A stretch of 64,000 bases of DNA from an uncultured Candidatus Saccharibacteria bacterium (GCA_938040655.1 CALHZK010000011.1:2336-66335); one strand, 5' to 3'; shown: positions 48,653 to 56,097, counted from the stretch's first letter. The notes: generated by a model from the letters alone, not told the origin. A program made the numbers and translations.

Positions 48653-49066
48653 ATGAAGAGATTTTTTGTTGCTATTGCTGCGGTCGTCTACGGCATAAGC
48701 GTGCTGGCGGGGCCATCAGCCGGCGCCGTCAGTATCTATAAAGCTTGCACCGGTAATGATAACAGTACAGTCTGCGCCAGCCGGGGTGATAATGTATACA
48801 ATGTGATCCGCAACGTCATCAATGTATTGCTGGCACTGGTTGGTATCATCGCGGTGATTATGATTATCATTGGCGGTATCAAGTATGTGACCTCAAACGG
48901 TGACCCGCAATCAGTCAAGTCCGCTAAAGACACCGTACTCTACGCAGTGATTGGTTTAGTGGTGGCGATTTGTGCGCTGGCGATTGTCAACTTTACGGTC
49001 GATCGATTCCTCAAAAGGTCAGCCCCGTCGCAGCGGCCGGCTCCAGAGGGCCGACCACGCGTCTGA
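48653..49066 (+). CDS. VirB2/TrbC-like T4SS pilin candidate, paralog 4
   Basis: GGGAGG Shine-Dalgarno sequence, a signal peptide, a Cys pair, the loop GGIKYVTSNGDPQSVKSAKD, and a basic Pro-rich tail. Confidence 0.6.
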   Translation: MKRFFVAIAAVVYGISVLAGPSAGAVSIYKACTGNDNSTVCASRGDNVYNVIRNVINVLLALVGIIAVIMIIIGGIKYVTSNGDPQSVKSAKDTVLYAVIGLVVAICALAIVNFTVDRFLKRSAPSQRPAPEGRPRV

Positions 49067-49091
49067 TAGCGTAGTCAAATCAAACAACTCG

Positions 49092-49100
49092 TGCTATAAT
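49092..49100 (+). promoter_or_regulatory. extended -10 element (TGCTATAAT) ahead of pilin paralog 5
   Basis: A perfect TGnTATAAT lies in the 78-nt gap between paralogs 4 and 5. The -35 region is only weak. Confidence 0.45.
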
Positions 49101-49144
49101 GGCGCTAAACAATAGTTTTTGTGAAGAAAGGACATATAGGAAAT

Positions 49145-49546
49145 ATGAAACAACTAAAAACAATAGTGGCTGCAGCGCTGATTGTCCCGACGTTGGCCCT
49201 CGGACTGACGGCGGTATTGCCAGGAGCAAATGTGAGTGCGCAATCAAACGGCAAAGGACTCAATGAATATAGAGATGTTGCAAAGCCTAACGATGTTCCT
49301 ACCGACCTCGCTGGTAAAGGAGGTGTGATTACACAGGTTATTAACTTCTTATTGTTTGCAATTGGCATTATATCAGTGGTCATGATTATTATTGGCGGTA
49401 TTCGCTATACAACCTCAAATGGTGATAGCAACAAAGTGACGGCCGCCAAAAACACCGTCATGTACGCAGTGATCGGTTTGGTGATCGCTATCTTTGCCTA
49501 TGCGATCGTCAACTTCGTGGTAGAAAAAGCATCAACTAATAGCTAA
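49145..49546 (+). CDS. VirB2/TrbC-like T4SS pilin candidate, paralog 5
   Basis: Start taken at ATG 49145 (the track GTG at 49121 is possible). Signal peptide and the loop GGIRYTTSNGDSNKVTAAKN between two TM helices. Confidence 0.6.
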   Translation: MKQLKTIVAAALIVPTLALGLTAVLPGANVSAQSNGKGLNEYRDVAKPNDVPTDLAGKGGVITQVINFLLFAIGIISVVMIIIGGIRYTTSNGDSNKVTAAKNTVMYAVIGLVIAIFAYAIVNFVVEKASTNS

Positions 49547-49568
49547 AGCAATCACTCTAAAAACCTTC

Positions 49569-49600
49569 TACACCCCGCGCGTATCGCGGGGTGTATTTAT
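49569..49600. terminator. strong bidirectional rho-independent terminator
   Basis: Perfect 11-bp stem tacaccccgcg/cgcggggtgta (49569-49579 and 49585-49595) with a 5-nt loop, then TTTAT. It lies between the convergent pilin-5 and hsp20 genes. Confidence 0.8.
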
Positions 49601-49685
49601 CTGGTATTTCTCTGGCAGGTAGATAAAGAGGATATAAAAAAGAAGAGCCGCCCGTTGCTCTCTTCTTTTCTCTTTAGGATAAAAT

Positions 49686-50204
49686 TTACAGTACTTGGAT
49701 CTTTTTCGCTTTTTCTTGCTTGATCTTTTCGAAGGTGATAGTGAGGACACCGTCTTTCAACTCAGCCTTGATATCGTCTTCACCGTCTTTGACAGCTACT
49801 GGTAGTGCGAGTGTCCGACTAAATTCACCCCAGTAGCATTCTTGGATATGCCAGTTTTTCACCTCGGTCTCGTCACCGCTCGAGAGAGTGCCGCTGATAG
49901 TCAAAATACCATCAGAGATTCGCACATCTAAATCTTTGCGGTCAACACCAGCGGTACGTGCTTTGACAATTAGTTCTTCTTCGGTTTCAAACACATCAAC
50001 CGCCAACTGCCCCATCAGATCATCAGCCTCATTTTCCCAGTTGTCTTCGGCCGGCGCCGGCGCAGGAGCAGCGGCTGGTATTTGAGTTGGTGCGACCGGT
50101 GCGACGGGCGCCATCGGTGCTTGGGGTGCTGGTGCCAAATCATCGTCCAAAAAGGCTGCTGCTAACTCATCTTCCATTAATAAATCATCATTCTTACGGG
50201 CCAT
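49686..50204 (-). CDS. Hsp20/alpha-crystallin family small heat-shock protein with Ala/Pro-rich N-region
   Basis: C-terminal alpha-crystallin domain (DV.ETEEELIVKA..PGV...L.V.I.DG.LTISG...). Start taken at ATG 50204, which is preceded by GGAGGAAAGC. Confidence 0.85.
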   Translation of the reverse strand: MARKNDDLLMEDELAAAFLDDDLAPAPQAPMAPVAPVAPTQIPAAAPAPAPAEDNWENEADDLMGQLAVDVFETEEELIVKARTAGVDRKDLDVRISDGILTISGTLSSGDETEVKNWHIQECYWGEFSRTLALPVAVKDGEDDIKAELKDGVLTITFEKIKQEKAKKIQVL

Positions 50205-50309
50205 GCTTTCCTCCACTTTCCTAGGGTTCATTTGACAATGGTCATTTCCTAGTATAACCGTCATGTACGGTATAATCAACAGTGGAGGATAGAAAACGTA
50301 AAAAATACA

Positions 50310-50981
50310 ATGCTTGACAGACTTCTCGCACTACTTGCTCCGCACCACTGTTATAGTTGTGGTTTGACAGGCACGTTGTTGTGTGAAAAATGTAAAAAAC
50401 ACATCATGACGACATCTTTCAGAGACTGTGTCGTGTGTGGCCGGCCAACTACCGAAAATAATTGCCAGCGGCACCGTCTTCCCTACCAGCAGGCGTATGT
50501 CGTATCGCTGCGCCAGGGGGTGGTAGCGCGTTTGCTTGATGATTTGAAGTTCCAGCGGGTACAAGCAGCTGCGCACACGGCAGCTGAGTTATTAGAGGCT
50601 CGATTGCCCGTGCTCCATCCACAGACAGTCATTGTGCCAATTCCGACCATTGCTCGGCACGTTCGCCGCCGTGGCTATGACCACATGAAATTGATCGGTC
50701 GCGCTATTTCACGCAGGCGTCGCCTTCCGATGCGCTGCCTCTTGCGGCGCCGCACTAATGTGACACAACACGTTGCCGCGACTGCCGTGCAGCGTCGCCG
50801 GCAAGCACAGCGATTTTTCCGGGTAGTTGGCCAGATTGATGATCAGGCACGCTACCTCATTATTGATGACATTTTTACTACGGGGAGTACGATCAAAGCT
50901 GCGGCAACAGTGCTGCGTCAGGCTGGTGCTCGCTATGTTGATATTGCGGTGGTCGCTCGCCAGGAAATAACTCACTCGTGA
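50310..50981 (+). CDS. comFC: ComF-family phosphoribosyltransferase-fold competence protein
   Basis: N-terminal 4-Cys zinc-finger pattern (CxxC...CxxC) and a C-terminal PRT motif LIIDDIFTTGST. Confidence 0.85.
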   Translation: MLDRLLALLAPHHCYSCGLTGTLLCEKCKKHIMTTSFRDCVVCGRPTTENNCQRHRLPYQQAYVVSLRQGVVARLLDDLKFQRVQAAAHTAAELLEARLPVLHPQTVIVPIPTIARHVRRRGYDHMKLIGRAISRRRRLPMRCLLRRRTNVTQHVAATAVQRRRQAQRFFRVVGQIDDQARYLIIDDIFTTGSTIKAAATVLRQAGARYVDIAVVARQEITHS

Positions 50982-51424
50982 TGGTAGTGGCTACCTTTGG
51001 CAATTTCTTGGGCGCGGTATAGTTGCTCGGCCAAAATAAGCCTGACTAATTGATGTGGAAAAACCAATCGAGAGAGCGACCACACAATATTCGCCCGCTG
51101 GCGCAGCTCTTCTGTGACACCATAGGCGCCGCCAATAACGAAGACGATTTGTTGACGAGTATGACTCGTGATAAGTTGTGATAGTTCTGGCGAGCTTAGC
51201 TCCTGCCCTCGTTCATCCAGCAGTACCACAAAATCATCTGGCCGCAGACGAGCCAAGATACGCGCTGACTCGTCCTGAGGCGCTGTCGGCTGCTGCGCGG
51301 CTGCATGTGGTAATATAGTCATTTCTGCAGCAAAGGGCGGCCGTAAGCGCTCTAAAAAGCGAAAAACGCCTGGTTTGACCCAGGCTTCATGACGTTTTCC
51401 AATAGTGATAATGTGAAGTTTCAT
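50972..51424 (-). CDS. rlmH: 23S rRNA (pseudouridine1915-N3)-methyltransferase RlmH
   Basis: 150-aa SPOUT protein, MKLHIITIGK...FVIGGAYG...LS...FPHQL.R..L.EQLYRA. Confidence 0.88.
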   Translation of the reverse strand: MKLHIITIGKRHEAWVKPGVFRFLERLRPPFAAEMTILPHAAAQQPTAPQDESARILARLRPDDFVVLLDERGQELSSPELSQLITSHTRQQIVFVIGGAYGVTEELRQRANIVWSLSRLVFPHQLVRLILAEQLYRAQEIAKGSHYHHE

Positions 51425-51430
51425 AAATAA

Positions 51431-51518
51431 TGGCGGAAGGAGAGGGATTCGAACCCTCGATAGCGCTTGCTATACCGCTTTTCGAGAGCGGCCAGTTCAA
51501 CCACTCCTGCACCCTTCC
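51431..51518 (-). tRNA. tRNA-Ser (anticodon CGA), long variable arm, CCA encoded
   Basis: Reverse complement has acceptor GGAAGGG/TCCTTCC, anticodon stem CCGCT/AGCGG with loop CTCGAAA, a long extra arm, and T-loop GGTTCGAATCC. Confidence 0.88.
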
Positions 51519-51527
51519 AGAATTATA

Positions 51528-51604
51528 TGGTACACCCGGCAAGATTCGAACTTACGACCTTTGGCTCCGCAAGCCAACGCTCTATCCAGCTGAGCTACGG
51601 GTGC
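51528..51604 (-). tRNA. tRNA-Arg (anticodon GCG), CCA encoded
   Basis: Reverse complement is GCACCCG TA GCTC AGCTGGATA GAGC G TTGGC TTGCGGA GCCAA AGGTC GTAAG TTCGAAT CTTGC CGGGTGT A CCA. The anticodon loop reads T-T-GCG-G-A. Confidence 0.85.
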
Positions 51605-51722
51605 ATACAGCCGTCCGGTAGACCGTTCGGCTATAACAAAAATAAGAAGGTGCTTCCCCGAGATTTATATGGAAGAACTAGGGACAGATGTATTCTACCA
51701 CAATGACCGGTGTCGGACAAGC

Positions 51723-52220
51723 CTAGAGCTTGATCATCCGCAGCAACTTCTCGATAGCATCTGGCTTGATCTGCTGCATCGGCAGGCGGTTACCGATCAT
51801 GTCAACAATCTTTTCGCCGTCGGTCTCAGAAAAATACAAGGTTAATCCAGGAGCAAACCGTTTGACTGGCAGCAACAAAACCGAGGGCTGGCGATGCTCT
51901 GCGATGACACCAAAGCCACGAAACTCGCTAAATAAATGAAACTGATCCCCTACGAAAATCCCCTCGTGATTGATGGTGTAATGGATCATTCGCGGTGGTT
52001 TGGAGATGAGAAGGATAATCGATAGCGCCATCACCGGTATCAAAACAGCAAAAGTGGTGCTCTTGAATACAAATATCGCTATCGCTACCAGGGCGACTGT
52101 GATGACGATAAACCAGCTATACCAGATAAAACCACGCTCTTCCTGTAGTCCTTCAGGGGCTGTCCAGCTCAGGGGCTGCGCTGCATCAAAACCAGTGATG
52201 TGTGAGCGCTGATCGTCCAT
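51723..52220 (-). CDS. two-TM membrane protein with small cytoplasmic beta-rich domain (bacterial PH-like is a guess)
   Basis: 165 aa with two adjacent TM helices followed by a roughly 80-aa soluble domain. Confidence 0.45.
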   Translation of the reverse strand: MDDQRSHITGFDAAQPLSWTAPEGLQEERGFIWYSWFIVITVALVAIAIFVFKSTTFAVLIPVMALSIILLISKPPRMIHYTINHEGIFVGDQFHLFSEFRGFGVIAEHRQPSVLLLPVKRFAPGLTLYFSETDGEKIVDMIGNRLPMQQIKPDAIEKLLRMIKL

Positions 52221-52249
52221 AAGGCTAGTATACCATGGGTTAATGCTTC

Positions 52250-52657
52250 CTATACATCAGTGCCGTTGCCGCCACCATTAAGCGCCACGCTCAGGACAAA
52301 CTGAATGATCGCATAGGCAAAGATTGCCACCAACAAACCAACAATTGCATATAGGATAGTGTTCTTGGCAGCGCTGACTTTGTCGTTTTGACCACCAGAG
52401 ATGATGTAGCGGAACCCACCCATGATCAGCATGACCACACTAAGGACACCGATACCATAGAGCATCAAGTTAATGATTTTGCTGACAATTGAGCCGTCGC
52501 CATTGGCGAAGTTAGTCGGTACCCCTGCGCCCTTTGCTGCCTCGATGCCGCCAGTCGCACCGTTTTCGCCAAGCGCCAACGTCGGCAGACTGACAATCGC
52601 TGCGGCTAGAACTGCTGCGACACTTATACTAATACATACACCAAAGATTTTTCTCAT
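52250..52657 (-). CDS. VirB2/TrbC-like pilin candidate, paralog 6 (orphan copy)
   Basis: Signal peptide, a Gly-rich variable part, and the loop GGFRYIISGGQNDKVSAAKN between two TM helices. The second helix LVAIFAYAI is identical to that of paralog 5. Confidence 0.6.
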   Translation of the reverse strand: MRKIFGVCISISVAAVLAAAIVSLPTLALGENGATGGIEAAKGAGVPTNFANGDGSIVSKIINLMLYGIGVLSVVMLIMGGFRYIISGGQNDKVSAAKNTILYAIVGLLVAIFAYAIIQFVLSVALNGGGNGTDV

Positions 52658-52779
52658 ATTACTACCATATCCTTTCCATTTCTGTCTGTCAACACTCTCG
52701 TTCTGAGGTGGCGCCAGAGACTATTATTCTTGATATTTTTATGATACACTACAGGCAGTCTGTCTACAGCAGAAATATT

Positions 52780-52872
52780 GGAGGAGTACCCAAGTGGCTG
52801 AAGGGGACGGTTTGCTAAATCGTTAGTACGGGGAGACCTGTAGCGGGAGTTCGAATCTCCCCTCCTCCGCCA
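52780..52872 (+). tRNA. tRNA-Ser (anticodon GCT), long variable arm, CCA encoded
   Basis: Acceptor GGAGGAG/CTCCTCC, anticodon stem ACGGT/ATCGT with loop TTGCTAA, a long extra arm, and T-loop AGTTCGAATCT. Confidence 0.88.
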
Positions 52873-52945
52873 GCGTAAGATCCTGTCGAGTAATCGGCGG
52901 GATTTTTCGTTCTCATCGCTACCGCTGTGAGAATGGCGGCTATGC

Positions 52946-52974
52946 TTGACATAATTAGCTTCATGTGCTAATAT
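52946..52974 (+). promoter_or_regulatory. near-consensus sigma70 promoter
   Basis: TTGACA (52946-52951), a 17-nt spacer, then TGcTAATAT (-10 at 52969-52974), about 48 nt upstream of ORF 53022. Confidence 0.6.
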
Positions 52975-53021
52975 AATAACCGTTCTTCACATCAAAGTAC
53001 GCAAAATAAACAATTATCACT

Positions 53022-53390
53022 ATGAAACTTCTCTCAACGTATCTCAGCTACACTATCATGCTCCTTGGTATCACTACCTCGCTTGGAGTGTTTTTGCACG
53101 ATACGAATGTTGATAAGATGCTCATCTCACTAGCGACGCCGTATCAATTCACGGGAGCTGAACAGGCGGTAGCGAGCCATGATTCACACCGAGCGAAACC
53201 AGATACTCACCTACATACCCATACTGATCATGCGGTGTTTCATCAACTTGTCAAAGAAAATCACAATCACCCTCGCACTACCCCTCGTGGTAATGATCGC
53301 AAACAGCCGTACCATAAACGCGCCGGTGGTAGCCACGAGTTTGATGGCAATCGGCTGGTGATTGATCCGCAGACCCCTCCTGTATTATGA
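53022..53390 (+). CDS. small membrane-anchored His-rich hypothetical protein
   Basis: 122 aa with an N-terminal TM segment and the His-rich run HDSHRAKPDTHLHTHTDHAVFH...NHNHP. It has a strong promoter upstream but no Shine-Dalgarno sequence. Its 3' end overlaps the valS stop by 6 nt. Confidence 0.4.
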   Translation: MKLLSTYLSYTIMLLGITTSLGVFLHDTNVDKMLISLATPYQFTGAEQAVASHDSHRAKPDTHLHTHTDHAVFHQLVKENHNHPRTTPRGNDRKQPYHKRAGGSHEFDGNRLVIDPQTPPVL

Positions 53391-55940
53391 CGAGCTAATC
53401 ACGCGAAGCTCTGCGACGAGTCGCTCAATAGTGCGCTCTTGCTCGGCTAATTGGTCGGTTGTTTCTTTGACGAGGTTGGCTGGTGCCTTTTGGCGGTAAG
53501 TCGGGTTCGCTAATCGGTCAGCCAGGCGCTGCTTGGTTTGGCGAGCTTCAGCCAGGCGGACTTCGAGATTCTCTTGGTGCTGGTAGAGAGTTTCCGCATC
53601 AATATCCAACCAGGCTTCACGATTGGCGGCTGCCAAACGCAACCCTCGTGGTGTATCGGTTGGTTCGATAGCCTCGAGACGGAGTAGCTGTGTGATAAGT
53701 TGCTTGTTCTCAGCGATCAGTGAATCGTTGCCGTACAGGAGACGATAGCGCGTGTTTCCTGGAAGCTCAGCAATTACCCAGCGCCCTTCGCTAATTAGTT
53801 TTTTCAGCTGCTCAAATTGCTCAGCGGCGATCTCATCGTATTGAAAGGCTGTCGGCCACGACTCACGAATCAACAACCCGTTCGTGTATGGTAGCGTCTG
53901 CCAAATTGTCTCCGTGACAAATGGTGCAAAGGGATGAGCAATACGCAGACTGGTCATCAAAACCCACAGCAACAAGGGTTTATTATCGGCTGTCTTCGCT
54001 GCTTCGATATACCAGTCAGCGACATCATCCCAGATAGTGTGATACACCGTGTCGACCGCCTCCGAAAAACGGTATTGGCTCAACTGCACCCCTATCGTGT
54101 TGGCTGCCTGGGTCAACTGGCGAATAATCCAATGATCAGCCGGGCTGTCTGGGTGGACTGGCTCTTTGGTAGTGGACTGGTCAATCTGTGATTCAACAAA
54201 TCGGGCAATATTCCATAGCTTATTGCAGAAGTTGCGAGCGGCGATGACGGCACCGCGATTGAAGGCTTGGTTTTGTGCTGCGGCCCGACCAGTTATAATA
54301 CCCATCCGTGTTGCGTCAGAGCCATAGGTCGAGATCAGCTCGATCGGGTTTATCACATTACCCTTTGACTTACTCATCTTTTGGTTATGCTCATCATTGA
54401 CCATGCCGTGCATGTAAACGTCACGGAACGGCACCTGGCCGGTGCGATAAAGACTGAGCATGATCATCCGGGCAACCCATTGACGGAGTAAGTCAGAGCC
54501 AGTCTCCATCAGGCTAGTCGGGAAAAATCGACTCAAGCTACCCTGATCAAGATAATCGGTGATAATGTATGGCCACTGCCCTGACGAAAACCACGTATCA
54601 AAGGTGTCTTCCTCGCGAATATATGTTGTGTTATTAACAACGATTTTCGTTTGATCAACTCGTGTGTCAAATATCCAATCGGTTCGGTCGTGCTGGTTCA
54701 CAAACGCTGGGATCGGAATACCCCAAGGGATTTGTCGGCTAATATTCCAGTCTCGCAGCTGCGCCAAGTAGGCAATCAGCTCCTTTTGCTTGGTCGCAGG
54801 GTAGAAAGTGATCTCCCCTGCTCTGAGGTGGTCAATTGCCTTCTGGGCCAGGGGTTGTACCTTGACGAACCACTGCTCTTTGATCATTGGCTCGATGACA
54901 CTGCCGCATTTATAACAATGACCAACCGCATGTTCGATGGTTGTGTCGCCGCGCAGCAACTCTTCTTCTTGTAGTAGTTTGAGAATTTTTTGGCGAGCTT
55001 CTTGGACAGTTAAGCCAGCAAAGTCATCTGGCACATTGACCATTGTTCCGTCAGTCGCGATAATTTGCTCGATAGGTAGATGGTGGCGCTGTGCTATTTC
55101 GAAGTCGTTTGGGTCATGTGCTGGAGTGATCTTGACGGCGCCGGTCCCGTAGGTCATGTCAACATATTCATCAGCGATAATTGGAATTTCCTTGTTAATT
55201 ATTGGGAGCAAAATTCGCGTCCCGATCAACTGTTGATAGCGCGTATCATCTGGGTGAACAGCGACGGCAACATCACCAAGCATGGTTTCTGGGCGAGTCG
55301 TGGCGATGACGATCTCGCCGATTTTGTCGAGTGTCGGATAAGCAATATGCCATAACGTCCCCTTCTCTGTTTTGTACTCCACCTCAATATCAGCGAAGCT
55401 AGTCTGGTGAGTCGTACAATAATTGACCATTCGCTCACCTCGGTAAATCAGGCCATCATCCCATAGCTGTTTGAAGGTCTGGTAGACAGTCCGAATTACC
55501 TTCTCATCTAGGGTGAAAGTCAGGTGATTCCAAGCGGCGCTAACGCCCAGAGCTCGAAGCTGCAGCTCCATATTTCCCCGCTTTTCTTCAACAAACTGCC
55601 AGACTTGGCTATATAGCTGATCGCGTGAAAAATCAAACCGACTCTTGCCCTGCTTTGCCAACTCTCGCTCATACACGACCCAAGTTTCAAATCCCGCGTG
55701 GTCAGCTCCAGGGATAAATACTGCATCGTCCCCTTTCATACGGTGGTATCGCACCAAAATATCCTTCAAATTCATGTCGAGCGCATGGCCGATATGAAGG
55801 TTACCATTGGCGTTTGGTGGTGGCATGATGATAGAATATGGCGCACCAACCCCAGTTGGTTCAAATGCTCCACTGGTTTCCCAGAGAGCGTAGATATCAG
55901 GCTCGTAGGTATTTGGTGAATATTGTTTTGCTAATTGCAT
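53385..55940 (-). CDS. valS: valine--tRNA ligase
   Basis: HIGH-type motif PPPNANGNLHIGH, KMSKS present, and a C-terminal coiled coil. 851 aa. Confidence 0.97.
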   Translation of the reverse strand: MQLAKQYSPNTYEPDIYALWETSGAFEPTGVGAPYSIIMPPPNANGNLHIGHALDMNLKDILVRYHRMKGDDAVFIPGADHAGFETWVVYERELAKQGKSRFDFSRDQLYSQVWQFVEEKRGNMELQLRALGVSAAWNHLTFTLDEKVIRTVYQTFKQLWDDGLIYRGERMVNYCTTHQTSFADIEVEYKTEKGTLWHIAYPTLDKIGEIVIATTRPETMLGDVAVAVHPDDTRYQQLIGTRILLPIINKEIPIIADEYVDMTYGTGAVKITPAHDPNDFEIAQRHHLPIEQIIATDGTMVNVPDDFAGLTVQEARQKILKLLQEEELLRGDTTIEHAVGHCYKCGSVIEPMIKEQWFVKVQPLAQKAIDHLRAGEITFYPATKQKELIAYLAQLRDWNISRQIPWGIPIPAFVNQHDRTDWIFDTRVDQTKIVVNNTTYIREEDTFDTWFSSGQWPYIITDYLDQGSLSRFFPTSLMETGSDLLRQWVARMIMLSLYRTGQVPFRDVYMHGMVNDEHNQKMSKSKGNVINPIELISTYGSDATRMGIITGRAAAQNQAFNRGAVIAARNFCNKLWNIARFVESQIDQSTTKEPVHPDSPADHWIIRQLTQAANTIGVQLSQYRFSEAVDTVYHTIWDDVADWYIEAAKTADNKPLLLWVLMTSLRIAHPFAPFVTETIWQTLPYTNGLLIRESWPTAFQYDEIAAEQFEQLKKLISEGRWVIAELPGNTRYRLLYGNDSLIAENKQLITQLLRLEAIEPTDTPRGLRLAAANREAWLDIDAETLYQHQENLEVRLAEARQTKQRLADRLANPTYRQKAPANLVKETTDQLAEQERTIERLVAELRVISSS

Positions 55941-55953
55941 GGTTCGTTCCTAT

Positions 55954-56001
55954 GTTTTCACATGAAAAACAGCTGTGTTCTCAAAATTTTCATGTGAAAA
56001 C
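55954..56001 (-). promoter_or_regulatory. paired palindromes / 15-bp hairpin in the valS 5' leader
   Basis: TTTTCA-CA-TGAAAA (55955-55968) and TTTTCA-TG-TGAAAA (55987-56000), 32 bp centre to centre. Together they can form a 15-bp stem (55954-55968 with 55987-56001) ending 13 nt before the valS ATG. Confidence 0.65.
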
Positions 56002-56043
56002 TTGTGATTGCAACTGGTTTCTCACGTGTTTGTATTCGCCACT

Positions 56044-56052
56044 ATTATACCA
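56044..56052 (-). promoter_or_regulatory. extended -10 element (TGGTATAAT) for valS
   Basis: The minus strand reads TGGTATAAT, which predicts a leader of about 95 nt containing the paired palindromes. Confidence 0.5.
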
Positions 56053-56097
56053 CAACGAAGAGAGGTCGCTGCTGGCCGCTGACTCTAGGGCGTATGT

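Noticed and set aside
50205-50309. CIRCE or HAIR heat-shock operator upstream of hsp20
   Set aside because: Neither TTAGCACTC-N9-GAGTGCTAA nor CTTGAGT-N7-ACTCAAG is present. I found only an 8-nt direct repeat (tttcctag at 50217 and 50245) and a weak TGAC-N4-GTCA, which is too little to call.
51430-51706. Two + strand ORFs (63 and 79 aa) over the tRNA-Ser/tRNA-Arg pair
   Set aside because: Both are antisense translations of tRNA genes.
51605-51722. Small RNA gene (for example SRP RNA) in the 118-nt and 122-nt spacers around the tRNA genes
   Set aside because: I recognised no conserved SRP domain IV motif or convincing extended helix. These spacers more plausibly hold tRNA and pilin promoters, for example TGGTAGAAT on the minus strand near 51686-51698.
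52873-52945. Terminator after tRNA-Ser(GCT)
   Set aside because: The candidate stem before the TTTTT run (gatcct.../...gggatt) needs G-U pairs and has a 14-nt loop. It is too weak to list as a feature.
55941-56097. T-box riboswitch in the valS leader
   Set aside because: The leader is only about 95 nt long. I see no T-box consensus (the AGGGTGG.ACCGCG-like element), no specifier-loop architecture and no terminator/antiterminator pair with a U-run. The paired palindromes are reported separately.
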